Shown here: positions 28,733 through 39,160 of the stretch, one piece after another
Layout: each line of letters begins with the position of its first letter
Numbering within the stretch: the first letter of the stretch is position 1
Assembly: GCA_945915085.1 (NCBI GenBank)
Contig: CAMEET010000001.1
Location: forward strand, 1-63,285
From: an uncultured Treponema sp.
GTDB taxonomy: Bacteria; Spirochaetota; Spirochaetia; Treponematales; Treponemataceae
Length of the DNA stretch: 63,285 nt
Direction: 5' to 3'
Translations under genes and position numbers: made by a program
Notes under the pieces: model-generated
The model's input: the letters and a program-made list of their open reading frames with translations, nothing else
Told to the model about the DNA's origin: nothing
Database searches by the model: none

Positions 28733-29203
28733 ATGAAAGAAAGACAGTCGAGATTAAAAGCTATTAAAAACTTGATAAAAAATAATGTGATTGAAAGTCA
28801 GGATGATTTGCTTTCTTTGCTTTTGAATGAGGGTTTTGATGTAACTCAGGCTACTTTGAGTCGTGATTTGAAACTTTTGAAAGTGGGAAAAATTCCTGAC
28901 GGTCAAAATGGTTATATGTATGCGCTTCCTGACGAAGGTGAAAATACTGAAACTGAAGCGATTTATGTGCAGGATTTTTTGCGCGGCTATATAAGTATTG
29001 ATTATAGCGGAAATATTGTTGTTATAAAAACTTTTCCTGGCCATGCTAATACAGTTTGCAATGCAATTGATAATTTGAATTTTGAAGAGGTTCTTGGAAC
29101 TGTTGCCGGCGATAACTGTATGTTTGCGTGTCTGAAAGAAGGTGTTTCGGGTGATATGTTTTTGAAAAAACTGAAAAAATATATTCCTGGAATTGAAGAT
29201 TAA
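28733..29203 (+). CDS. argR: Arginine repressor
   Basis: SQDDL, VTQATLSRDL, VIKT.PG.A, GTVAGD. Confidence 0.92.
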   Translation: MKERQSRLKAIKNLIKNNVIESQDDLLSLLLNEGFDVTQATLSRDLKLLKVGKIPDGQNGYMYALPDEGENTETEAIYVQDFLRGYISIDYSGNIVVIKTFPGHANTVCNAIDNLNFEEVLGTVAGDNCMFACLKEGVSGDMFLKKLKKYIPGIED

Positions 29204-29227
29204 ATTGTTTTGGGGTAAGTTATAATA

Positions 29228-30535
29228 ATGAAATTTACAAGTACAAGAAATAAGAATTTATCGGTTGGATTTTCTCAGGCTGTAAAAGAATGTTATCCTT
29301 CCGACGGTGGTGTTTTTGTTCCTTCGTCAATTGAAGATATGCGCCGCTGGATTTATTATATTAATGAAAATACATCTTTTACATCCATTGCAGGTTCTTT
29401 GACTTCAGCTTTGATAAAAGACGAACATTCTCCTATTATCTGTGAAAAAATTGCGACTGATGCTTTCAGTTTCAGCCCAAAAATTTCACAGCTTGAAAAT
29501 AATCTGTTTTTTATGGATTTGTCCGGTGGTTTTACTGGCTGCCACAGAGATTTTGGTGTTTCATATCTTTGTTCTTATCTTGAAACCACTTTGCAATTGA
29601 CAGGCGGCAATGTGATTTTTCTTGATTACACTCATGGAAATCTTGGTGCAACTTTGGCTTGTGCATTGCGGGGCAAAAAACATATAAAAGCTGTCCTTGT
29701 TTATGAAAAAAATCAGGTTCGAGGACTTGAAAATGAGGATTTTGTCTGGAATGGCGGAAACATTTATCCTGTCGAAATGGAAGGTTCGGAAGGTAATATA
29801 AAATCTGCTTTATCTCAGGTTTTTGCTGATAAGGAATTTGTGGATACTTTTAATCTGTCTGTTGCAAATACAACAAATGTGTGCAGACTTTTGGGACAGA
29901 TTTTTTGTTTTCCATATTCTTTTGCGCAGATTAAGAATAAAACAAATTCTGATATTTATTACGCTGTTGATTCTGGAACTTATGGTCTTTTGATGGCGGG
30001 TTTGTACAGCTGGCGTTTTGCTTTACCTGTAAGCGGATTTATTATTCCGTCAACTCCGTCGCTGACTGTTGATTATTCTGGAAATCCTATTATTCTTGAT
30101 TCTTTTGTTGATATGAATAAGCGCGGAAACTCAAATCCTGCTGTTCCTGCTAATCTTGAAAGGCTTGAAAACTTTTTCAGTTCATACAAAATGATGATGA
30201 GAAGTTTTGTTTACCCTGTTCAGATTGACAAAGAAACTCAGGAAACTGCTTCCAAAGAATTGTACATAAAATACGGACTTTTTGCAGACGAAAAAACTTC
30301 CAGAGCTTATGCAGCACTGAAAGAGAGGCGCGATGTTGTGAGCGAGGATGAATCTTGTGTTGTTCTGACGGCATTAGATCATCCAAGTCTTTCTAGTGAT
30401 TATTGCCGTCATGTGGTTGGAGAAGAGCCTCAGATGCCAGATAACATCAAAAAGGCTCATCTCCATGCAGAAACAGGAAAAAAAGTGATAACCAGTGCTT
30501 CAGAATTGAAAGAAATCATTAAATCTCTGCATTAA
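29228..30535 (+). CDS. Threonine synthase homologue with the PLP Lys replaced by Arg
   Basis: MKFTSTRN, DGG.FVP, AN..N..RLL.Q, PANLERL. The FHGPTLAFKD motif reads LSGGFTGCHRD. Confidence 0.75.
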   Translation: MKFTSTRNKNLSVGFSQAVKECYPSDGGVFVPSSIEDMRRWIYYINENTSFTSIAGSLTSALIKDEHSPIICEKIATDAFSFSPKISQLENNLFFMDLSGGFTGCHRDFGVSYLCSYLETTLQLTGGNVIFLDYTHGNLGATLACALRGKKHIKAVLVYEKNQVRGLENEDFVWNGGNIYPVEMEGSEGNIKSALSQVFADKEFVDTFNLSVANTTNVCRLLGQIFCFPYSFAQIKNKTNSDIYYAVDSGTYGLLMAGLYSWRFALPVSGFIIPSTPSLTVDYSGNPIILDSFVDMNKRGNSNPAVPANLERLENFFSSYKMMMRSFVYPVQIDKETQETASKELYIKYGLFADEKTSRAYAALKERRDVVSEDESCVVLTALDHPSLSSDYCRHVVGEEPQMPDNIKKAHLHAETGKKVITSASELKEIIKSLH

Positions 30536-33500
30536 TTTTCAGATTTTTTTGATTTTCCTTTCTTTTTTGAAGATGATTTTTCTTTCCCTTTCTCTGTTTT
30601 AGTTTTCTCAGATTTTGCAGCAGCAGACTTTTTTGTTTTTCCAGCCGGCGCAAATGGTTTTACGAAAAGCTCTGCTTTATATTCTGCTTCGTCCTTTGCT
30701 TTGCAGATTGTTCTGTAAAGTTCAAAGACAGATGGCAGTTTTGATTTTTTTGCATTTAACAGCATCTGAGCAAAAACAAGATTCAGGTTTTCTTCGAGCA
30801 GTTCTTTGTTGAACCATAATGTTCCGTCAAAATAATTTGCTCCACTTAAGTTCTTTGCAAATTTTCCACGAACAAGGAAATCAATTATTTCAAATGCAAC
30901 TTTTTTGCTGTTTTTTGGCAGTTTTGATGATTTTCCAAGGGGACTGATTTTGAACAGTTTTTTCAGGGCGTAAGCAAAATCTTTTTGCAAATATGAATTA
31001 AGTTTTCTACCAAGATTCCATTTGTCTGCCAGCGAGTTTTGTGAATATTCTGCACAAAGGGCGTCGCAAAGCAAAAGTAATTCCAGTTTTTCATCTTTTT
31101 CAATCAAAAGCTTTACAAAATCTTGTGGGATTTCTGTTTTTTCAAGAAGTTCCTGCAGACTTTCCTGATTATTTTGATTTTCAGATTTAGCTTCTGTTTT
31201 TTCTTTTGTCTCTTTCTGATTATTTGATTTTACTGTCAAACAATCTGACTTGTTTTTGTAGTCATCTTTTTGAGTTTCACAGTCAGTTTCTGATTTTTGC
31301 AGAAGAATTTCATTGTGAATCTGAACTAACAGTTTTACTTTATTTTTGAACAATGCAAACTGTTTTTCGGCATCAGATGGAGTTTTTACGCTGGCATCAA
31401 GCAAAGAAAACCTTTGTGCTGTCTGATAGAATGTGACGGCAGTTTCTTTTGCATCTGTAAGAATTCTGTTAATTTTGGAAACAGAAACTTTTTTTGCGTT
31501 GTTTTCAGTTTTCTTGATTTTTGTTTTTTCATTATCTTCGGCTGAAGAACCTTCAGTTTTTTGTGACACAATGCTATTTGTTTCGAGTTCTTTTACAATC
31601 GGAAGGAGAGCTGCATTTGCAAATTTTTCAAGAACATCATACAAATCTTTATAAATAATTTCCTGCCATGCTGATTCGATATCTTCACAACCGCGACCAG
31701 CAAGAGAATCACAAAGAATTCTGAATCTGTGGTCAGCTTCGTCTGTCACTTCCTGAATATTCATAAGAACCTGATATTCAAAACCATTTAGCATTACAAA
31801 CATACCTTTTTGGCAAATCTCACTTGATTTTCTGATATACCAAAGTCTGCTTCTGTGTTCTTGGAAGATGCAGTATTTGTTGTCATCGTTTGAAAGACCT
31901 AATCCTTCAGAAATACTTCGTGTAACAAGTTTGATTTCATCGCCGTTTCCGGTTTTTACGGCATAAGGAGCTGACTGTTTTATCCATCCGGATGCTCTGT
32001 CGTATTTGTTATTGTAGAAAACAACAGTTCTTTCGCTGCCTGCTCCATTTGAATATGCAAAAACATTTTCGTTTACGTGACCATTTTCCCACAAATCATA
32101 AAGCAGGAAATTTTCAACTCCACTGAACAGATATCGTTTCTTCATTAGAGGGAAAATGTCGTGCCAGTGACGGTCCACAAGATACTGACTTGGTTTTTCA
32201 TCTTTATAAGCTTTTGTATATTCCATGCCGTATTTTTCGGTGAATCCTTCGATTTGACCGTGACCGAACATTGGAAGACCAGGCATTGTAATCATCAGCG
32301 TGCAGACACCAAAATATTTGTCGCCGTCACCAAATTGAGCAATTGCTGTTTCTTCATCAGGATTGTTCATGAAATTTACATATCGCTTGAGAATCTGCGG
32401 ATCAAAATTAATTGTATTTTTGATAGTATCACGATATTTTTGATTTTCTTCTTTTTTGAGCATATTCATGAAAGCAGAATTGTAAACACGGTGCATTCCA
32501 AGAGTTCGTACAAAATAGCCTTCCATCATCCAGAATGCTTCGGCAAGTAAAAGGGTGTCAGGACATTCTTTTGCAACACGGTCAACAACTTCGCGCCAGA
32601 ATTCATTTGGAATTGCATCGTTGAATTGAGAAGTTGTCATTGCATATTCTGAGCGGGAATAAATATCTCCTCCGTGTCCTGGTTCCGGATACCAAAGCCT
32701 GCGAATACTTTTTTTTGCAAGAACCATTGCAGCATCAAAACGAATAATCGGGAAGTTGCGGGCAACATGAAGAATTTCCTGCATTACAGCTTCTCTTGCC
32801 TGAGGATTTAAAAAGTCAATTTGAGCAGTGTCGTTCCAGGGAAGTCCAGTTCCATCATTTCCGTGATAAATATAACGAACATCGCCAGTTTGATTATCAA
32901 CTCGTTTAAAGACTACGGCGCAATCATCTTTGGAATAATAATGGTCTTCCAGATAAATGCTTGTGCGTGAATCTTGCGAAAGATTTTCACCAGAGAATGA
33001 ATAACCTAATGCATCTCGTCGCTGAACAAATAAATCCGGGCGGTTCATAACCCAATCGCTGTCCATTCCTGTGTGATTTGGAACCATATCAGAAGCAAGA
33101 CGAATTCCTCTTTGCCAGAGTCTTTGTCTGAGGTTTGCAAGTGCATCCCATCCGCCAATATTTGAAGCAATATTATAATCATAAAGAGAATAGGCACTGG
33201 CAGCAGCTTCAGGATTTCCGCAAATCTGTTTGATGCGTTTGGAAGCTTTTGAGCGTTCCCATAATCCGATGAGCCACAAACCTGTAAATCCTTCATCGCG
33301 CAGGCGGTCAAGTTCCGGGTCTGGAATCTGGTCAAGCCGCGTAATGGGATATCCGTATTGTTTTGTAAGCTGATCAAGCCATACAAGAACAGTTTTTGCC
33401 ATCAAAATAACGTTTGGCATCCATTCACTGTCAGGGCTGAACCTTTCGTATTCGTTCATGAGATTTTCAAAAGAATATGGAACCATGTCAGGAAGTTCGC

Positions 33501-34311
33501 CGCCACCAAATCCCTGCCAGCTTGCTTTTTCTTCTTCACTGATGGCATCCATTCCAGTCAAAATGCGTTTAAGCCATTCGCCAAGGAATTTGTCCCAATA
33601 TTTTTGGATGTATTCGAGTTGACCTTTGAGACTGTCTGGAGAAAATGCAACTGGTTCTCTCATCATTGTGATTAAATCGTGATTGAAAGGACCGAATTTT
33701 GATTTTGACTGTGCAAATTTCTGAATGCTTGCCCATGTCTTTGAATAATTTGCATTTTTTTCATCAAGCGAAGTATCGCTGAAAAGCAGGAAGAAAGGTT
33801 TGAAAGCAGGATTTTCGTTTGCAAGATGAAGAAGAATCAACTCTTCCAAAGTTTGTTCTCGGTTTGAACGTTCTTTTCCTGTTCCTGCATCTACCGCATT
33901 CCGCAGAAGATATTCACTTGCCGAACATTTTTCCTGAAAAACTTCAACAGGTGGAAATTCTTCCATAAAATCAAGCAGAAGTTGATTGATTGCTTTTGGT
34001 GTAAACTCAGCATCAAGAGAGGCAAGAAGTTCCTTTGCAAAATCTGGTTCTTTATCACGACGGAAAACAAAACAGACATAATGAAGAATTTCATCAATCA
34101 ATCCCATTGCGTTTAATTGACCTGCTGAAACCTTCTGATTTTTATCTCCTGTCGTCTGCTGAATGTAGTCATTATAAATTGTCTGAAATTCACGAACATT
34201 TTTCATGTTTGCAAAAACAACATTTCCACTTGAAGCAAAAAGACCTTTATTAAAATCACACAAAGTACGAACTTTTCTAGAAATGTGAAACTCATTGTAA
34301 GAAATCTGCAT
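30532..34311 (-). CDS. Large GH13 alpha-amylase family protein
   Basis: DMVPNH, IIRFDAAM, LLAEAFW, NNPDEE, PGLPMFGHGQ. Charged C-terminal extension. Confidence 0.88.
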   Translation of the reverse strand: MQISYNEFHISRKVRTLCDFNKGLFASSGNVVFANMKNVREFQTIYNDYIQQTTGDKNQKVSAGQLNAMGLIDEILHYVCFVFRRDKEPDFAKELLASLDAEFTPKAINQLLLDFMEEFPPVEVFQEKCSASEYLLRNAVDAGTGKERSNREQTLEELILLHLANENPAFKPFFLLFSDTSLDEKNANYSKTWASIQKFAQSKSKFGPFNHDLITMMREPVAFSPDSLKGQLEYIQKYWDKFLGEWLKRILTGMDAISEEEKASWQGFGGGELPDMVPYSFENLMNEYERFSPDSEWMPNVILMAKTVLVWLDQLTKQYGYPITRLDQIPDPELDRLRDEGFTGLWLIGLWERSKASKRIKQICGNPEAAASAYSLYDYNIASNIGGWDALANLRQRLWQRGIRLASDMVPNHTGMDSDWVMNRPDLFVQRRDALGYSFSGENLSQDSRTSIYLEDHYYSKDDCAVVFKRVDNQTGDVRYIYHGNDGTGLPWNDTAQIDFLNPQAREAVMQEILHVARNFPIIRFDAAMVLAKKSIRRLWYPEPGHGGDIYSRSEYAMTTSQFNDAIPNEFWREVVDRVAKECPDTLLLAEAFWMMEGYFVRTLGMHRVYNSAFMNMLKKEENQKYRDTIKNTINFDPQILKRYVNFMNNPDEETAIAQFGDGDKYFGVCTLMITMPGLPMFGHGQIEGFTEKYGMEYTKAYKDEKPSQYLVDRHWHDIFPLMKKRYLFSGVENFLLYDLWENGHVNENVFAYSNGAGSERTVVFYNNKYDRASGWIKQSAPYAVKTGNGDEIKLVTRSISEGLGLSNDDNKYCIFQEHRSRLWYIRKSSEICQKGMFVMLNGFEYQVLMNIQEVTDEADHRFRILCDSLAGRGCEDIESAWQEIIYKDLYDVLEKFANAALLPIVKELETNSIVSQKTEGSSAEDNEKTKIKKTENNAKKVSVSKINRILTDAKETAVTFYQTAQRFSLLDASVKTPSDAEKQFALFKNKVKLLVQIHNEILLQKSETDCETQKDDYKNKSDCLTVKSNNQKETKEKTEAKSENQNNQESLQELLEKTEIPQDFVKLLIEKDEKLELLLLCDALCAEYSQNSLADKWNLGRKLNSYLQKDFAYALKKLFKISPLGKSSKLPKNSKKVAFEIIDFLVRGKFAKNLSGANYFDGTLWFNKELLEENLNLVFAQMLLNAKKSKLPSVFELYRTICKAKDEAEYKAELFVKPFAPAGKTKKSAAAKSEKTKTEKGKEKSSSKKKGKSKKSEN

Positions 34312-34382
34312 ATTTTCTCCTGATATGTTGTTTATTATTCACCACGTTATGTGGCGGCGCATGGAAGCGCTGAATCCAAAAT

Positions 34383-36416
34383 TTATTTTTTTATTTTTTC
34401 TATTAATGCTGTATCCTGCAAAAGAGTTTCAACACTGGCTGGCAGACGGTAAGTCCAGTTAAATGAAGTTACTGTTCCAGGAATGTTGATTCGTTCATCT
34501 TTTGCATCAGAAAGCCAATATTTTTCTTCCATATATAAATAATCCTGCAAAGGACTGATATTCCACAAACTTGCAGATGAAAAACTAGCGTGCATAATTG
34601 CATGAGCAATATCTGTAGAAAAATCTTTTTGAGCAGTTTCCATTGCTTTTTGTTCCAGGTCAGAATCTGACAAATCTGTTTTAAGTCCAAAATAAGATGG
34701 ATTAGCCAAAACAAATGCTTTTGCTGAATCTTTTTCGTCCTGCCACCATTGTCTAATAGTAGAAGAATCGTGAACCGATGTTGTGGTAACAGAAAGCGGA
34801 GTATAATCTTTGAAATCAACATAAGGCTGACCAGGTTTTTCCCAATCTCTGCACCAGCGAACAACACGCAGTCCTAGAATGTCATGTTTTTCCATCACTT
34901 TTGGAACACATTCAATATTTACACCCAAATCTTCACCACAAGGAATCATATCAAGATTTTTGGTGATTGCGGTAAATATTTCATCAGCCTGTTTTGCCCA
35001 CAGTTTTTCATTTTTTGAATTGAGCTTTTCAAAAACTTCCATAAGTTTGCTTTTTTCATCATCACTTAAAGTTTGCCATGAAGTTGAATGGGAATAAGTC
35101 CAAAGAGGCACGTATTTATCTTTAGAAATTTCAAGTAAAGTTCTGTTCGACCAATATTCAACAAGAACATTTTGAATGCGTCCGACAGCATCCGGGTGGC
35201 AAAGCCCCGAAAAATCAGCTTCATAAAAAGTTTTTGAGCCTTTAATTTCAGGTTTAAAAAGCCAAAGTTCCTCGCTTCCAATCTGATTACAGAATTTTGA
35301 AAGAACTTTGTGAGCCTGTTCATGATTCCATGTAATATCTTCTATTATATGAGTTGGAATATGAGGAGCGCAAATCCATCTGATTCTGTTGTCATCAAAA
35401 CCCAAATCATAAAGTTCATCTTTTTTGATAAAAGCAAACGGCTCAGTATGACCGTTCAAAGCATTTACATCATCACTAGGAATTGCCCAAATTCTGTAAA
35501 ATCCCAAAATGTGATCAAGACGATAAGCATCATAATATTTTGAAGCAACATTCAGACGACCTTTCCACCAGCTGTAATCAGCATTTTTAAGATTTTTCCA
35601 ATTGTAAGTCGGGAAACCCCAGTTTTGACCAGTAGCGTTGTCACCGTCAGCCGGTGCACCAGCTCTAAGATTTTGATTAAAGAATTGAGGATTTGCCCAA
35701 GCGTCGCAGGAATCTTCATTCATCAAAATCGGCATGTCACCTTTTAACAAAATATTTTGATTGTGAACATATTTTACAGCGTCGTAAAACTGACAGTCTG
35801 CAATCATTTGAACCCATGCATAAAATAAATGTTCAGTTTTCTTCGATTTATCTTCCCAAAGTTCAAGAATTTCAGCTTCAGTTTTTTTCTGGTCCTCTTT
35901 TTTCCATTGTTTCCAGGAAGACTGCATGTAATCCCATTTTAGAGATTTATAAACAGCGTAAGTTTTTACCCATTCATTATTTTTTATCCATGCAGAAAGG
36001 TCTTTTGACGGAATTCCAGATTTAAAATCATCAGTTGAAGAAAAAATTTTTCTAAGCAAATCAATTTTACCGTTCAAAATTTCATCATAATTGTATCGGA
36101 GACAATATTTGTGATTTTTCATAAAATTGTCGTAATTATTTTTAAAATCACAATCATTATCATATATTTTTTGAAAACCATCGATTTGATTTATGCGGAT
36201 ATAAATCGGGTGAAGGGCAAACGCGGAAAGCCCACTATAAGGAGAACTCTGCGTGCCAGTATCATTAACTGGAAGCAGCTGAATAAGCGAAAATCCTGCC
36301 TTCTTGCAAAAATCAGCAAACAGTTTCAAATCAGGAAATTCTCCAATAACCGGATTGTCATTTGTAAAAAGAGCTCCAAGAGGAACCGTAACGCCATTAA
36401 GTTTTTTTCTTTCCAT
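34383..36416 (-). CDS. malQ: 4-alpha-glucanotransferase (GH77)
   Basis: QLLPVNDT, SPYS..SAFALHP, KGDMPI, GQNWGFP, RLDHILG, GEDLG, SVHD, RINIPG. Start re-assigned to MERKK. Confidence 0.94.
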   Translation of the reverse strand: MERKKLNGVTVPLGALFTNDNPVIGEFPDLKLFADFCKKAGFSLIQLLPVNDTGTQSSPYSGLSAFALHPIYIRINQIDGFQKIYDNDCDFKNNYDNFMKNHKYCLRYNYDEILNGKIDLLRKIFSSTDDFKSGIPSKDLSAWIKNNEWVKTYAVYKSLKWDYMQSSWKQWKKEDQKKTEAEILELWEDKSKKTEHLFYAWVQMIADCQFYDAVKYVHNQNILLKGDMPILMNEDSCDAWANPQFFNQNLRAGAPADGDNATGQNWGFPTYNWKNLKNADYSWWKGRLNVASKYYDAYRLDHILGFYRIWAIPSDDVNALNGHTEPFAFIKKDELYDLGFDDNRIRWICAPHIPTHIIEDITWNHEQAHKVLSKFCNQIGSEELWLFKPEIKGSKTFYEADFSGLCHPDAVGRIQNVLVEYWSNRTLLEISKDKYVPLWTYSHSTSWQTLSDDEKSKLMEVFEKLNSKNEKLWAKQADEIFTAITKNLDMIPCGEDLGVNIECVPKVMEKHDILGLRVVRWCRDWEKPGQPYVDFKDYTPLSVTTTSVHDSSTIRQWWQDEKDSAKAFVLANPSYFGLKTDLSDSDLEQKAMETAQKDFSTDIAHAIMHASFSSASLWNISPLQDYLYMEEKYWLSDAKDERINIPGTVTSFNWTYRLPASVETLLQDTALIEKIKK

Positions 36417-36566
36417 AAAAGAAAGTATATCACAAAAAAAGAAAATTGAAACAAAAATATTGAATTTACAACGTTTGAGATTGGAAAAAAATAGGGGAAA
36501 TTTCTTATAGCTGGGAAAGTCATAAAAAAAATAAAACAAGGCTGTCCCCATTTAAACTTAATTTGA

Positions 36567-36655
36567 GGGGGTTTTAGGGGGATATGCTTTGCATATCCCC
36601 CTAGAAGAAGGGGTAGCGAGCAACAAAGTGCGAGCGAGGGGGAGACTTCCCCCTC
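36567..36655 (+). repeat. Structured intergenic repeat family B copy 3
   Basis: TAGGGGGATATGC-TTT-GCATATCCCCCTA, GAAGGGGTAGCG, GAGCGAGGGGGAGACTTCCCCCTC. Confidence 0.85.
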
Positions 36656-36814
36656 ATTTATATTTTCTACAATAAATTGTAAAATATGAAAAATTTTATT
36701 ATTGAAAATCTTTTTTAAATGCCATATACTCCAAATTTATAGTCTGCAGTGTGAACTTGTGATGTTTACTTTTTTGTAAATTAATTTTTCGCCTGCGTCT
36801 TGGAGATGAACTAA

Positions 36815-37987
36815 ATGATTTCTTTGCTCGCTAAAATTTTTATTAAAGATTCTAAAAATTATGAAAACCAGACAGTCCGTCAGAAATATGGAATTTTGTG
36901 CGGAGGTTTCGGCATTTTTTTGAACATCCTTTTGTTTCTGCTTAAAATAATTTTTGGAACAATTGCAGCTTCTGTGGCAATGGTAGCCGATGCTTTTAAT
37001 AACCTTTCTGATGCAGGTTCCTCTTTGATTCAACTGCTGGGCTTTAAGTTGTCCGCAAAAAAACCTGACACAGAACATCCTTTCGGTCATGGTCGTCTTG
37101 AATACATTTCCGGATTAATCATTTCGTTTCTTGTTTTGTTGATGGGTTTTGAACTCCTGAAAGAATCAATCAGCGCGATAAAAAATCCTTCTCCTGTGGA
37201 AGGCGGACTTTTTCCTGTCATAATCATGGTTTTCGCAATTCTTATAAAACTTTACATGTTCATTTACAATCATTCGATTTCCAAAAAAATAAATTCTGTA
37301 GCCATGGAAGCAACTGCAAAAGATAGTCTTGCCGATATGATTTCAAACGTAATTGTCATCATTTCTATTATTTCTTCCAGATTTACTTCGCTTCCAGTCG
37401 ATGGCATTGGCGGAATTATTGTTGCTGTTTTGATTATGAAAACTGGTTATGAATCTGCAGTTGAAACAATTGAACCGCTTTTGGGAGCTGCACCTTCATG
37501 CGATTTTGTGCGTGACATTGAAAAAGAAACGATGAACCATGCTCCAATTTGCGGTGTTCACGATATTGTAGTGCACGATTATGGTCCTGGCCGACTGATG
37601 GTAAGCCTTCATGCAGAAGTTCCTGGAAATATGGATGTTTTTGAAATGCATGATGTTGTGGACAATGCAGAAGCCGACATCGCTAGAAAATTCAATTGTC
37701 ATGTTGTGATTCATTCAGATCCTGTTGATTTATCAAATGAACGCCTTATAGAGTTGAAAAAAACTGTAAAAGAAGAAATTGCTGCTATCAGTCCGGAATT
37801 AAAGTATCACGATGTAAGAATGGTTCCCGGCATCACTCACACAAATCTGATTTTTGATGTTGTTAAGCCTTTTGATTTTAATATTTCAGATGAAGAATTG
37901 AAAAATAAAATTTGCGGTGCGATAAAACAGAAACACAATGATGTAAATTGTGTGATTACTATTGATGCGCCTTACGTGTCAAAGTAA
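36815..37987 (+). CDS. Cation diffusion facilitator family transporter
   Basis: ADAFNNLSD, HPFGHGRLEY, DSLAD, HD..VHDYGPG. Confidence 0.92.
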   Translation: MISLLAKIFIKDSKNYENQTVRQKYGILCGGFGIFLNILLFLLKIIFGTIAASVAMVADAFNNLSDAGSSLIQLLGFKLSAKKPDTEHPFGHGRLEYISGLIISFLVLLMGFELLKESISAIKNPSPVEGGLFPVIIMVFAILIKLYMFIYNHSISKKINSVAMEATAKDSLADMISNVIVIISIISSRFTSLPVDGIGGIIVAVLIMKTGYESAVETIEPLLGAAPSCDFVRDIEKETMNHAPICGVHDIVVHDYGPGRLMVSLHAEVPGNMDVFEMHDVVDNAEADIARKFNCHVVIHSDPVDLSNERLIELKKTVKEEIAAISPELKYHDVRMVPGITHTNLIFDVVKPFDFNISDEELKNKICGAIKQKHNDVNCVITIDAPYVSK

Positions 37988-38468
37988 AATACTGATATTT
38001 TATGCCATTTTCCTCATGATTTTCAAAATCGCTTTTTTGCCATTCAGAAAAATCAATATGAGGAAAAAAAGTGTCACCTTCGTAGTTTTCTTCTATTAAT
38101 GTAGCATAAATTGTGGAAGTTTCTTCTATTAATTGGTGATAGATTTCGCCTCCGCCAGCAACAAGCACTTCTTCATCATCGTCATAAAAAGAAAATGCCT
38201 GCTCTAGATTTTGTGCAAGCAGACATTTTTCTGGCGCAGTTTTGAGAGATTTTGAAACGATGATTATAGTGCAGTAGGGGAGCGCGTGTCCTATTTCATC
38301 AAAACTTATGCGCCCCATTATGATTTTTTTTCCGCTACAAATCTGCTTAAATCTGTTCCGCTCCGTTGATAAATTCCATGGAATTCTGCCGCATTTTCCA
38401 ATCACAAAATTTTTGTCAAACGCAGCAAGAAAACTGATTTTTTTGGGAAAATTTTCTGAACTTTTCAA
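37959..38468 (-). CDS. folA: Dihydrofolate reductase
   Basis: AA...N.VIG..G.IPW, IIMGR, AGGGEIY, EGDTFFP. Confidence 0.88.
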   Translation of the reverse strand: MKSSENFPKKISFLAAFDKNFVIGKCGRIPWNLSTERNRFKQICSGKKIIMGRISFDEIGHALPYCTIIIVSKSLKTAPEKCLLAQNLEQAFSFYDDDEEVLVAGGGEIYHQLIEETSTIYATLIEENYEGDTFFPHIDFSEWQKSDFENHEENGIKYQYFTLTRKAHQ

Positions 38469-38470
38469 AA

Positions 38471-38956
38471 TTACACTTCTACCTGAACCATCGTTGCGAT
38501 TTTGTGACTTTGTGCATTTGCGTAAACACTTCTGTTGTTTCTGTATGGATTTTTGAAATTTGTAATCTGTTTTCGCAGAACATCCACATGAGCACGAAGC
38601 AGTTCGCGGTTAATTTCATTTTGTTTAAGCACTTTTTCCTGCAAATCAGACAGTTCGTTCTGAATACGGCTGATTTCCTGATCTTCCTGAGCCCCAGTCT
38701 TTCCATTTATGGAATTGTACATTTTTGTCATCGGGACAATCACTTTTTGGAGATTAGAAAGATTCTGCACAACCTGCTGTTCAATTTCAGTGTGTGCAAG
38801 AAGTTTTTCCGTATTTTCATCATTGATTGAATCCTGCTGTTTTTCCAGAACCGTCAAATATTCTCTGAATTTATTTCGCTGCTGCTCAAGCAAACTTCTG
38901 AATTTTTTGAGCAGGGCAACTCGTTCATTAAGTTCTTCCTGTGTAATTTTTTCCAT
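38471..38956 (-). CDS. flgN: Flagellar export chaperone FlgN family
   Basis: Coiled-coil protein with an N..LL C-terminal pattern, directly downstream of fliS. Confidence 0.7.
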   Translation of the reverse strand: MEKITQEELNERVALLKKFRSLLEQQRNKFREYLTVLEKQQDSINDENTEKLLAHTEIEQQVVQNLSNLQKVIVPMTKMYNSINGKTGAQEDQEISRIQNELSDLQEKVLKQNEINRELLRAHVDVLRKQITNFKNPYRNNRSVYANAQSHKIATMVQVEV

Positions 38957-39018
38957 ATTTTCCTCCGAGGGAGCATCCTCTAGTTTATCGAGTGTTCATA
39001 TATCAAGTTTTTTTATAT

Positions 39019-39146
39019 TTTGGGTGGCTTTTTGCTTCGCAAAAAACAGGCTATCCGGGGTTCCGCTATCGCTCCAGCCGCTTCCCTCGCTTCGCTCAGT
39101 CCAGTGGCCGCCTTTGGCGCCCCTACTATCCTTGCCACGGTTTAAA
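39019..39146 (-). repeat. Structured intergenic repeat family A copy 3
   Basis: TGGGTGGCTTTTTGCTTCGCAAAAAACAGGCTATCCGGGGTTCC...ATCCTTGCCACGG, between fliS and flgN. Confidence 0.9.
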
Positions 39147-39160
39147 ACCCGAAAATCAGT

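Noticed and set aside
37959-38468. Acquired trimethoprim-resistance dfr cassette
   Set aside because: No integron attC site, IS or obvious compositional shift. It is embedded in a chromosomal operon
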